From Vicugna vicugna (Eukaryota), in assembly GCA_013265495.1 (NCBI GenBank), contig MU061578.1:1373308-1437307 (forward strand): DNA of 64,000 nt, written 5' to 3'. Both the position numbers and the translations under genes were made by a program. Numbering within the stretch: the stretch's first letter is position 1; the number at the start of each line of letters is the position of its first letter. Below, one piece after another: positions 25,480 through 37,260 of the stretch. The notes under the pieces are model-generated. The model made no database searches, had not been told where the DNA came from, and saw only the letters and a program-made list of their open reading frames with translations.

Positions 25480-26340
25480 AGGGCGCTTACGAGAGAGCCA
25501 TTTCATCCTTGAATTATTAAGTCATCATTGCAGCAATAATCCGGATACTCTAATGTCTGGTTTGCTAGACAAAAGCCAACCAGAAGCTCTAAGCGGGTTC
25601 GTTCTCAGCGTGAGCACGCGTGACTACAGGAGAAAAAGCCTTTTCTTTCCCATAAACTGGTTGAGAACCTCCCTCTCAACTTCATCTGACCTAAGGAAAA
25701 CCAGTATCGTGTCGACGCTTAAAAAAAGAAAGAAAATAAATGCATCGGATTCTATGGGAGAGGCTCATTAGCTGGGGACTTGACAGGTTGCTAAATGGTA
25801 ACTCAGAATGAAGAGCTACAAACACACCATAATTAATGACCAAAAACAGGCCCCGCTTAGGCTAAGCGGGGGCAAGGAAGTGCTGACGGAACAGAATTCG
25901 CATCCCACTGCTCTCCCTGCCTCTCCCAATTTACAGGAGAATGGGAAGTCATGAACAATTGATACACTCCGTTAGCTGCCATCACGGAGAGTAACTTTCC
26001 ATGTAGCCGTAGGGGTATCTTGCACAGTTTAACACTGAAAATAAAAGGTAATGTTCTTGGCACAGAGCTAGGGGGATTAAATTTGGGAGGCTTGAAGCAG
26101 CCTTGAATTGTAGTCAATAAAAAAGGGACCAAATAGTAATTTTGTAATTTAACTGTGCTGGTTATGCCCAATGAGTCAGACACTTGTGAAATAAACCATG
26201 TAAATAGAAAAACGGCTTAACTCTTTCGGTCCGCACGGGTGATGTTTCCTTTCTCCCATGCTTCCTGGGAGTGGGTTCTCTGATTCAATCAAAGTAATGT
26301 GATTATTATTCAATCAGAGTAATGTGATGCCGCCCAATAA
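25480..26340. promoter_or_regulatory. putative conserved non-coding enhancer block
   Basis: Repeat-free; cataattaatg, gtcaataaa, tgtaatttaa, AP-1 tgagtca, retained CpGs. Conservation inferred, not measured. Confidence 0.4.
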
Positions 26341-26527
26341 ATCTTCCTAAATACTTCTTCAGGAAAGGTGGTGGCTTCTTTGGGATTCTTCTTAATAAGA
26401 TCTGAATATATTTACAGATCAGAAGGGCTATCCATATGGTGGAACGTTGCTCTGAGTATCAGCATTATACAGGGCCAGAGTCCCAAATCAGCAAGAATGA
26501 GAATGTCTTTTGAAATCCCAGAATTCT

Positions 26528-26673
26528 CTATAAAAATGAATGTATGCATGTATGTATATGCATGACTGGGACATTGTGCTGTACACCAGAAACTGACACA
26601 CTGTAACTAACTGTACTTCCATTAAAAAAAAAACACAAACAAAAAATAAAATAAAGTGCACATTAAAAACAAA
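26528..26673 (+). mobile_element. short young L1 3' end with perfect 15-bp TSD
   Basis: tgcatgactgggacattgtgctgtacaccagaaactgacaca plus A tail; aaatcccagaattct at 26513-26527 and 26674-26688. Confidence 0.9.
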
Positions 26674-27609
26674 AAATCCCAGAATTCTGGACCACACCAG
26701 AAATCACCCTACAGGGTTTTCACAGCAACCACTTCACGAACAAAATAAATAAGGCAACCAGCCAAAAAAAAAGAAAAGAAAAGGAATGCAATTGACCATA
26801 ATGTGCAATGATTTATTCAAAAACTAACTCTAGGGTATATCTAATATCTCTCCAGTTTTCTCCCTTCATCCCTCCCTCCATTCCCCCTTTCTCCTCCTCC
26901 TTCTTCCTCCTTTTTTGAGGGTCATTTTGCGTTGAATTAATGGCATCCAAATTCACAGTTTTAGGTATCTGTCAATTAATGGACGGAGAATCAAAATGTT
27001 TAATATGCAGACTGTTATACATGTCGCCCTAAATGCTGTCAGTGGTGGGGTTTTTCTTTTTTTTCTTTTTTCTTTTTTTTTGACAGATGGAATCATTATC
27101 CTTGCTTCATGGTCGTATGTTGTTGAAAGAATTACTTTGCTTCTTAAATGGAATTTGTGGCCACGCCCAATCCCTTGAAGAGTCAGGAAAACATAAATAT
27201 TCCCATCTCCCTGTCCTGAAACACTCTTTGAAGAACATCGGTAGAAGAACATGTCTGTGGTCCTACCCATTTGTTATTTTTAGTGGAAGATCACGCCCTT
27301 TATGTTCTGGGTACAAAAGGCAATGGCTCAAGTGGTAACACTGTAGTCTCCCTAGGAGGATCAGGATTTTTCACCCAGATTCAGATCTTAACCTCAAACG
27401 ATGGCCAACAATGGCCTGAAGGGTGCAGCATCCATAATCATCAAAGGTACTTAGAATTCAGAGATGGTTTCAAAACAGTAGTAATTGGGACTAAAACTCC
27501 TATATCATCATACTCAACAAGAAAATAGCTACTAAAAGTAAAAAATTTGTCTTGATCATTCAGAAGTTTCTCATGGCCAATACAGTAGTTGGTTCCCAAT
27601 GCATATTTG

Positions 27610-27749
27610 AGGAAGGAAAGAAGGAAGGAAGGAAGAAAGGACGGACAAAAGGAAGGACAGACAAAAGGAAGGAAGGAAGGAAGGAATGGAAGAGGGAAGG
27701 AGGAAGGAAGGTAGGAAGGGAGGGAAGGAGGCAGGAGGGAGGAAGGAAA
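27610..27749. repeat. (GGAA)n-like polypurine repeat
   Basis: Directly visible; explains the ORFs at 27441-27923. Confidence 0.92.
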
Positions 27750-28959
27750 TTCATTGATCACTCAATATCCTCTAAAGGTACAGGACAGAATTCCCTAGAC
27801 CTGATCACTCTGAGGACTCCAAGCAGTGTAGGAAATGCAGTCTGGGTTTCCATCATTGAGATGTCTCCCCACATTGAAAGATCTTTCATTCTTATTTTTG
27901 TCTTATTATTGTTTGCCTGCTGAAAACCTTGCTTGCTTTGGTTTGGCTAGGTCGGACCCATATCTAGACTTTTAAGCACCTCCCCTGTCTCTCCCTTTCT
28001 TCTGCCCAAATTCACTGTGTGCTATGTTGTTGAGATAATTGCCACTCTGTGCCAGGCTCCACGCTGGGTACTGAGGATTGCATGCTAAGCAAGACTGGGG
28101 TAGTTACCTCCCTTAGTATTGCAGCGGAATCTGCTGTTTTGTCCACACAGCATTCTGACCTTCTTTTGGGATCGTCCCACTCCTCACCCAGGAGTGGCTT
28201 CGCCCCTTCCTATCGTAGGGGAACCCTGTTCTTGGCCATCATAGGTTAGTCTAAGCACTTGTATCAGATACCAGTCTCAGTAACCATCATCCTCTCCTGT
28301 CATGCATGAACCCGGACAAGGGGGAGAAAAAGCCAGCTCTTCCTGGTGGCAGGGAGGTAAGATGTTCAGTTGAGGGGATGTTGGTGGCCAGGTAAAACAG
28401 GTAAACTGAGTCAGGAAAAGGGGAGAGGAAGTCCTGACTTCACTAAATTTCCTATTTCTGATGGTCTCAGAGGTCTGGAGATGCCCTTGGATCTTCAACA
28501 ATTTGGCTCCCCAGATCTTCCCATATTTCTGTAACACATTCCTTAATTACATAAGCCTTTTAACAACCCCTTTCCTCTACACAGCTTCCACCATTGGCAC
28601 CCAAGGACTCCTGCCTAAATTAGGCATATTGAGCCTCCTCCTTCCTTACACTCTCTAACTAGAAAACAGTGCTAATGGGACATGTCCGTCCTCGCGTTAA
28701 CGGAAACAGTGAAGATGAGTAAGATGGATGACCTGAGTCTGATGAAATGCAGTCTGTCTGAACCCCAGAAACCATCATCAAAACAAATAGAAGTCAGACC
28801 CTCATATTTCGAGTTGCTTTCACAGTACAGAGCATTGGAGTTTTGTTAAAGGAAACATGATCACATTTGGCTTCAAATAAATGAGGATTTCTGGAAGGAA
28901 CAAAGACTTAACTGCCTGAGGTCTTTCCTTCTTTCTCCCTTTCTTTCTTTCTGGCCTGC

Positions 28960-29345
28960 AGACTAATAGCTCATTACGGAGATGACTGTCTGAAAAAATA
29001 AAAGTTACCTAGACATGCAGGCCACTACCCAGGAAGAGCTAATTATTTGCATAAATCACATGGATCCTAGCCCCGGCTATCTTAACCATTTATTGCACTG
29101 ATCATTTGTCACCACATTGCCAGTCATCTGTCGGGGAGGAAATTACCCCATGGTAGTTTCTTCGAGTGAGGTCAGGGTGCAGCCCCCTCTGTGCACAGCA
29201 AGACACATCATCCCAATGACATGTCTCCTGGTAAACAAATCCAGCCAGGGCGATAAGTTGCTACAGGTTGACAAATTAGCCTCAGCGCAAATTGAGAGCA
29301 TTTGCTACTGGCCATGCAAATTAATTCCATCAAACTGCTCCACAT
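28960..29345. promoter_or_regulatory. putative POU/homeodomain enhancer
   Basis: Octamers ATTTGCAT 29045-29052 and ATGCAAAT 29314-29321, each abutting TAAT; FOX-type GTAAACAA 29231-29238. Confidence 0.4.
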
Positions 29346-29649
29346 AGTGCTTGGAGGCAGGAACCCATTCGCTAACACCCCTCAACCATGCTTCACTCAG
29401 ATCCTGGGAGCATACAGCAGCGTCAGGGTCTCAAGTTGGGACTGATCTCAGGTACCATCTCAAGGGCATCTTGCTCCATCAGCGGTTAAGGGAAGGGCAA
29501 CTGAGGGGACATCGGTGACTACTCGCCTCTCCTGAACAGAAATTCAACTTGATGCAGCCAGTGCTTCAGGTATGCCTACAACACGCAGGGTTACACCCTC
29601 GTTACCATCACCATCATCATCATTATCAACACAACATCAACAATAATAG

Positions 29650-29830
29650 AATAATTAGAGCCAACATGTATTTGCCGGTTGTTGGGACAAAAAACTAGGA
29701 GGTGATCACTAATGCTCACAAAAGCCCTAAAGGGTGGATACGAGGAGTATCCCGTTTTGTAGAAGAGGAAACTGAGGTTCTGAGAAGTTAAGCAGTTTTC
29801 CCAAGTTCACATGGTCAGTAAGCGATGGAT
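29650..29830 (-). mobile_element. MIR SINE
   Basis: ttttgtagaagaggaaactgaggttctgagaagttaag...cccaagttcaca. Confidence 0.85.
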
Positions 29831-30076
29831 GTGGGGAGAGGGACAGGGTGGTCTGAGGGAGGCTCACAGAGGCTTGCTTTGGGTTTTCTGGCAACAAGCC
29901 AGCAGGGACCGGTAGCCCTTCTTCCTCCAGGGGGAGAGACTACACATGATGTCATCTTCTCACATAGTCTTCGGACGTCATCCATCGGCACTGTTCCCAG
30001 CAGGCACCTGGCCTGGACAGCTAGTTCCCGAGACACAGAGATTTGTTCCCTCCTTACAAGGCTGTTCTCTCACTTC

Positions 30077-30524
30077 TGGCAGTTGGCTGAATAACAGCCA
30101 CTCAAAGATATCAGGTCCTAATTCCTTGAGTCTGTAAACGATATAAGGAAAAAGGTTCTTTGCAGATATGACTAGATTAAGGATCTTGAGAGGAGAGATT
30201 CATCTGAATGATCTGAATGGCCCTATATCCAATCTCAAGTGCCATCATAAGGGAGAGGCAGAGACACGTACAGAAAAGAAGATAGTGTGACCACAGAGAC
30301 AGAGATTGGAGTCATGCGGCCACTTGTCAAAGATTGCAGGCAGCCACTAGAAGGTAGAAAAGACAAGGAAGACATCTTGCCCCAAAGCCCCTGGAGAGAG
30401 TGATTTCCGTACCATGACACTGATTTTAGACTTTTGGCCACTGGAACTGTGAGAGAAGAAGCTCCTGTTGTTTTAAGCCATCAAGTTGATGGTATGAGTT
30501 ACAGCAGCTTTAGCAAACAATACA
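30077..30524 (+). mobile_element. MLT1C/D-like LTR, near full length
   Basis: ggctgaataa...ctttgcagatatg...ttaaggatcttgag...cagagattggagt...ggaactgtgagagaa...tgttgttttaagcca...aacaataca. Confidence 0.9.
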
Positions 30525-30977
30525 CTCACCCTGCCCCTCCTGAAACACAAAACCAAAAACCAAAATGCAAAAGAGAAGTGAGGTCCCCTTCCCGGAGCAC
30601 AAGCACACACTACATCCATCTGTGCCTGGTCTGAGATGCTTCTCAAGAGGAAGCCCAGAGGATGAGGGGTGGGATGTGGGGAGGGCAGGGTGCAACCTAC
30701 TGGCCCTTTGACCCGTGAGTTCCCTCTGGGTTTGCCACAGACTTTTCCCTGACATAGGATCTGAGATTCTGCCCATGTCCTCCTGACCCTGGAGCTTTGT
30801 TCTTGCCATGACAACAGGAGGATTACTGAGAGGAGGTTTGCAACGATAATTAAGACAAGATCTCTGAAATGAATGCCCTCACAATCTGGCAGAAGGGAGA
30901 GACATTTAAACAAAAACACTTAATATGCTAATACATAAAAAAAAGGGCTCGAAAAACTAATTTGTTATACCGATGGA

Positions 30978-31720
30978 TTTTTAAAATTAAACTTCTCATT
31001 TTGAGATCATTGTAGATTCACAGGTAGTCGGAAAAAAGAATACAGACATCTATCATGTGCCCCTAACCTAACTACCCCATTGGTAACATCTTGCAAACCC
31101 GCAGGACAATATCACAGCCAGGATAGGGACCTTGAGACAGTCAAGACACATAGCAGTCCATCAACACAAGGATCTCTTGTGTTGCCCTTTTATAACCACG
31201 CTCTACCCCAACTCTACATCTCATCAATGACTTCCAGCCACCACTCATCTGCTCTCCATTCCCATAATTTTATCATTTCAAGAATGTCATAGAGGAGACA
31301 ATGTTTCAGGAATGGCTTTTTTAATCTAGCATCGTTCCTTGGAGTTTCATGCAAGTTGTTGCCTGTGTCAATTGTTTGTTTCTTTTCATGACTGAGTAGT
31401 ATTCCATGGTCTGGATGTACCATGGTTTGTTTTAACCAGTCACCCACTGAAGAGCCTTTGGGTTGTTTCTAGTTTTCCTTGTTACAAATAAACCTGCTAT
31501 GACCTTTTGTGTGGGTGTGTTTACATTTTTCTGGGATGAATGCTCAGGAACAAAATTGCTGAGTTCTGTGGTGGTTGCACGTACAGTTTTCCAAGAAAAT
31601 GACAAACCATCTTTCAGAATGGCTGTACCATTTTAAATTCCCACCAGCAATGTGTAAGTGACACTTGCTGGCATCGGGTGTTATCACAATTTTTTATTTT
31701 AGCCAACAGATGATTTTTAT
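30978..31720 (-). mobile_element. L1MC1-like LINE 3' region
   Basis: ttttgagatcattgtagattcaca...ggtaacatcttgcaaac...tgagtagtattccatgg...ggctgtaccattttaaattcccaccagcaatg. Confidence 0.88.
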
Positions 31721-31989
31721 CTGTGCATAGTTGTATACAAAGCAAGTCAGAATGAGAGAAGGTAGAAATAATGCAAAATTTTGAGTCCGGGATATGCTCA
31801 TAGAAGGCATGGGAAGAGGAGTTTGGTTTTGTCAAGGCCAGTAAGGATGCTTCAGCAAAGGAGAGGATTCCAGCTGGGCGGATATTGATCTGGTCTTGCT
31901 TATTCCTATACCTCCTTCTCCTGTCTCTTCTTTCTCACTCATTATATTTGGCCTCTTTTCACGTTCTCTACTCAGTCCTATTCTTTGTA

Positions 31990-32312
31990 AGCTGGCTCCT
32001 TGTCATCCTTTATCTTTTAGCTTACCCATCACTTCCTCAGAGAAGCTCTCCAGGACTACTCTATCCAAATAGATTTCTCTGCCACTCGTCACCATCTTTG
32101 TCTTCTTTTGCGGGGCATTCAATTTTATTCTTTCATCATACCTATCACCATTTGTAAGTAACTAATGAGCGTCTTACTCTCGAAAAGCTTCACATTAGAC
32201 TTTAAGCCTGAGTACAGGAACTAGTTCTCCTCCATTCACAAGCCATTGTCAGACTCCAACTCAGTCCTTGGCATCTAATAAGATCTTAACGAACAATTGC
32301 TGAATAAATGAT
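31990..32312 (+). mobile_element. L2 3' end
   Basis: catcacttcctcagagaagctctcc...attagactttaagc...ttgctgaataaatga. Confidence 0.65.
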
Positions 32313-33437
32313 TGCATGATGGGGGGAAGGCACCCTAGTTTGAAGAAACTTAGAATTTCACTTTGCAATACAAGGAGCTAAATGCCTAAAGGGTCTATTT
32401 CTGTTGGCCCAGTTTAAAAGGCTGATACATATGGGGAGGGAGAGGGTGAATTTCTCTACTCATTTGAGAAAAAAAGTCACGTGTTCCCCTTCCTATCTAC
32501 TAAAATAAATATCTTTATTAAAGATAAAGCCCTGAATTTCTAACTAAATCAACTTCCTATTCTTTGGGGGAGATATAATTATATTATGAATAATTATAAT
32601 ACAAGGCAGAGAGAATAAAGAGGCAGAATAGGAATAAAACCAAAGAACCATAGGCAGAGAGAAGAGAGAGAGTAGGCTTCCAGTGGGAGAAATCTGGGTG
32701 GCTTCTTGGAGGAGATGACATTTGACCTGGATTTTAAGCATCTATGGGATTTAGACATTTAGTCATGGAGAAGGGGCATTTCAGTTCCATACAAAGCATG
32801 AGGATACATTTTTTTACTCTTTTGTCAGAATCTATTCCTCTTAAAATGAACCTAATTCCTGTCAATGAGCTAGGTATTGCAGGAGCTAATTTTAGGTGCC
32901 ACAGAAAAGAATTCTTCAGTCTTGAAGCTCAGTATTATTACTTGGACATTTTTTTCCCCTCCACATTCAGGAATTTTCAGCAAGCTTCTTGGTTCACTTG
33001 TTTCATCCTCTGGGGATGGCCATGTCTGACCCAGAAAAGAACAGTCTGGAGAGGGGCCCACACACGCCCGAGGACAGCTGCTTACTTCCCCTGGATCAGC
33101 AGGTTCAGGAGGGCCTGAGCCTGGCCAAAGCAGGCTCCGCCTACACGCGGTCTGAGAACAGGGCAGCCAAGTTGCCTGAATGTCTGCATGGGGCAAGGTG
33201 GAGTTAACCAGGGCGGGAAATTCTTTGGCCTTTCCTTGCCATCCTGTTGGTTTCTGTTCCCTTTCACACACCAGGAAATGTGATTGGTGAATTCAGGCCA
33301 TTGCCTGTGGCATGGACATCTGATCCTTTCATTCCTGAGTCTAGAGCTTTCTCTTTAAATGCTGTGTACTGAATTTCTGCTACTCTGCGGTATTACTTAG
33401 CTTGTTACATGCAACTCCACATTGGGGAGTTTCTATT

Positions 33438-33575
33438 TATTATCTACCTACCTACCTACCTACCTACCTATCTATTATGTATCATCTATCTATTTATCTA
33501 TCTATCCATCTATCATTTATCTATCTGTCTGTCTATCTATCTATCTATCGTTTGATCTATCTGTGTATCTATCTA
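33438..33575. repeat. complex (TACC)n/(TATC)n tetranucleotide repeat
   Basis: Directly visible. Confidence 0.93.
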
Positions 33576-33649
33576 ACTAGATTTGACCGAGAGTGTTGGA
33601 AAGAGCAGACACTGTCTTCAACCTAGAATTGGCTGGCTGTCTGTTGCTT

Positions 33650-33950
33650 GCTGACCATGTGTGGTCAACAAAAGTGTATTTTTCTTTTTGGCATACAAAG
33701 CATTTTTATAAAAGTTCATACTAGTGGCCAACGTTAAAAAAACTGGAAATTTGAAGAATACAGATGCCAGATTTCTCTGGGGAAATTAGAAGGTGTGGCC
33801 ATACGATGCCCACTTTTTCACATGGTCACAGACAGCTGCAGCTGCGGGGTCACTCTGTCGAACAGTCAGGGGCTCCCCAGGTCACCATAGTGACAGCCAC
33901 CTGCTACGTCACTCCATTTGGAGGCCACCATCAGTGACAGTTTGCTTGGC
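33650..33950. mobile_element. MER102-like hAT-Charlie fossil
   Basis: ccagatttctc...aaattagaaggtgtggcca...cacatggtcaca...gctgcagctg resembles the recalled MER102 consensus. Confidence 0.55.
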
Positions 33951-34149
33951 ATTAGAAAGCCTTGGGGGACGTAACTCGGTCTCTTCATTCTTTTCCTAGT
34001 ATAATGATATTATCAGGTTTTGTTGAATTACTACAGCAATCCACGATTGTTATAAAGAATACAGACACATGAGTATTCACAGTTTGACAAGGGCTCTAGT
34101 AACAATGATCGCTGCCATCTGATCACCACATCTGCCTCCTGAGGTTAGG

Positions 34150-34622
34150 CTGTGATTGACTGAATGGTCCGCGTTTGTTCTCCACTCCCCTTCTCCTCAT
34201 GCCCTCTGCCACCAACTTCACAGCTCCCCCCAGTGGCAGCGGAATGAACTTCCCTAGAGGGAGGCGTTGGCATCAGCCATGTGATGTGCTTTGGCCAAAA
34301 ACATATGAGCCACAGTGGTAAGGTTCCAGCTCACCTTCTTGTGCCTCCCGTCAACGAGGAGATGCCGATGGAGCCCAAAGCAGCACTTTCGGAAGGATGC
34401 TGCCCCAGGTCTGGGCTCCAGACGAAGCATGCCTTGAGCAGATTTGAGCACCCCCATAGAGAAGAACCAGGGTGGGCTGGACCCACCGCTCAAAGCTGAG
34501 CCTCCCAACTGAGCCCAACCTAGGACAGCAACCCTCAGCCGACTCAGAGAAGCATGAGATACACATGCTAACTGTATGTCATGAAGTGGTGCTGTGGTTA
34601 CACAATATTAGGTGGCTGATAT
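34150..34622 (+). mobile_element. MLT1J-like LTR
   Basis: gccatgtgatgtgctttggccaa...gctgccccaggtctggg...gagcccaacctag...cagccgac...gcatgaga. Confidence 0.75.
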
Positions 34623-35589
34623 CATGGTCCTGGAGGTGGAGGTTTGATGTGTCATGGTCATCAGCTGCATGACAGGGGTAGGTGACCCACCTGTGAGAGA
34701 GGCTGAGGAAGGACAGAGAAAGTTCTAAGCTCACGGAAGGAGAGATACTTCCTTTCCCAAGAGAGGCAGAAATGAACGTGTCTTGAAGCTGTGTGATTTG
34801 AGACCTTCTCCCTTTCCGCTACAAGTCCACAGGGTAAAAAAAAAAAAAGGGAAATTTTTCTTCCATCTCTTTTTGCATCTCTTGGAAGTGTTAGCCATCA
34901 CTTCTTTTTTCTGGGGGCAATTTAGAGGCAGCCTTTCCTTCTGTAATTTTCTTCCAGGCTTTACCAGAACTTATGGGCATGCCTTCCAAGATCATGCAGG
35001 CTTATTAAAGCAGCTACTTACAAATGAATAAATAAAAAACAAGGAAGTGGCCATCTCCTATCCAAGACAAATGACCTAATTTTGTTAGCAGATCATGTTG
35101 TAAGGTCAGCTTTATTTTCCCGGAGCCCGGCGAGCATTACCATTCATGAAATTTTATTGGTTATTTGACGTCTGTAGATGCTCAACTGTTTCTCCGATAC
35201 ATGATTCATAGGGGCAAAGGTCTTTGAGCATTTCCACATCATAGCTCCAGTCTCACATAGCAAAAGCTCTCAAAACAGCTCCCTTGGTTCTTCCCCTACC
35301 TGGTGTGTCACACGTTTTATATTCCATTTGCTGGGGGCCAATTTTTTCTCCGTGATTACAGCCCAGCTGTCGTCTGGTGGAACACAACGCCATCTCTTGT
35401 TTCCATGGACCTGGTCAGAAAAGCCTGGGTTTAAGCCAACACAGCTTGCTGTTTAAGCTTGCTGGTTAAGTAAACCAATTCCCACAGGGCATCCACTTTT
35501 GCTGATGACATGGGATTGGAGATCGCTGAGTCTATCCATCTCATAGGAAGTGAAGGTGTCACAGAAACTCAGAAAAAATTGCACATCTC

Positions 35590-36300
35590 ATTCCTTCTCT
35601 CCATTCTTCAATTTAACAAATACCTATTGAGGGCCCACTATGGAGAAGGACCTGGGCTAAGCAATGAGCGTAATATAAGCATGAAAAATACAGCACTTTA
35701 CCTTCCCGGAGCTCACATGTTACTGTGAGAGGCAGACGGGAAATATGGAAAGGCACAGATTATAAATTGTGATATGGCTAATGTAGGACGCACACACAGT
35801 CTGACCTCCGGGATACCTGACGAAGGAGCATCTCCTGTTGATAGTCTCCTTGAGAAGGTGACATTTAAGGAGAGATGCAAGAGTGAGAAGGAACATTCGC
35901 ACAAAACAGGGGCTGAGAGCATCCCAGCGGAGATGAAGAGCAGGTACAGTCTTTGAAACATGAAAAAATTTCCCTTGTTTGAGGACCTGATAAAAGGCCA
36001 GTGTCAAGAGGGGCTGAGGGCAGGGGAGGAAGAACAGGGGGCTGTGTTGGAGAGTTGAGATCTCTAAAACTGTCCCCAAGTGGAATGGAAAACCACTGAA
36101 GGGTTGTAAGCCAAAGAGTGACCTAATGAAATGCATGATTTAAGAAGACTCCCACAGAAGCCATGGGGAGAATGGGTCACAGGGGCAAGGGAGGAGGTCG
36201 GAAGGGCAGTTAAGAAGCAGCCATCCAGGAATGGAGTGATGATGGTTTAGGTGATGGGAGTGGGGAAGAAAGAAGTAAATGGTGGGCACATTATTGGGAA
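35590..36300 (-). mobile_element. L2 LINE
   Basis: ttcaatttaacaaatacctattgagggcccactatg...gagaaggtgacatttaag...ggaaaaccactgaagggttgtaagc. Confidence 0.85.
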
Positions 36301-36894
36301 AGGGTTCAGCCAAAAATGGTACATCCTTTGTTAATGGTGAATCCTAGACATCATGACCCAAGCAAGCCTTGCGATTTGAATGAGACAGATAAAACTTGGC
36401 CTATTTTTTCCCCTTATTCTCAGACACTGAAGACAAATCAAAGGGTCATGAAGGTCTTGAGGGAACAAGCAATATGGGAGAGCTTTAACCGAAGGTTCAC
36501 ATTCTGTTTCTGTTACTTATTAAGCACAAAGCATCCTAGTCAAGGGTACATTCCCAAATCCACTAATTTATCCTTCTGCAAAGAGGGGCCACCAGGAAGC
36601 GTTTATTATTTGAAAGCAATAAAGCCACCCCAAAATTAGAATACTTTTTTTTTTCCTTCCTGGGACATGTGTTTTTCTAACCACTGCTCCCTCCCTAAGA
36701 CCAACCACAACCACACTGTTTGATGCCAACCACACTGCTTGATCCCTTCCTTGGTGAACTGGATACTTCTGTCAAACTGAGCAAAAGATTCTCAAGGGGA
36801 AGAAGAAGGACTTGTCACCTGGTGTTTAAATCCGAAAGGTATCCACTCTCATAGAAAATGTCACTTAGAAAAGCAATTGCTAAAAAAAACCCAA

Positions 36895-37260
36895 AAAACC
36901 AGAAACAACCTGAATACTCATCAGCAGGAGACTGGTTAAATAAATTATGATATGACTGTACGATGGGATACTGCAGAGCCATGGAAAAGGAGATGCACTT
37001 TTATGTACCACTGTTGAAGGATGTCTGTGATATTGGTCAAGTTGGAAAGGGCAGGACAGAAATGTATGATCTAATTTTTTTCTAAACACACACACACGTG
37101 TATATGTAGACTTCCATCAGCAAAGCTGCCCTAGGCAGTGAACAATCACCAAGTGGCTGGATTAAGTAAAGAGGAAATGGTTTTCCTTTACATGTGCTGG
37201 AAGTATTTGTCTTTGCAAAGATGGGCATGCGTTGCTTCTCTGGTCAGAAACAAAAGAATA
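36895..37260 (+). mobile_element. L1ME-type fragment
   Basis: gaaacaacctgaatactcatcagcaggagactggttaaataaattatg. Confidence 0.7.

Noticed and set aside
27441..27923. ORFs rich in PSFL or GRKE
   Set aside because: Artefacts of the GGAA repeat
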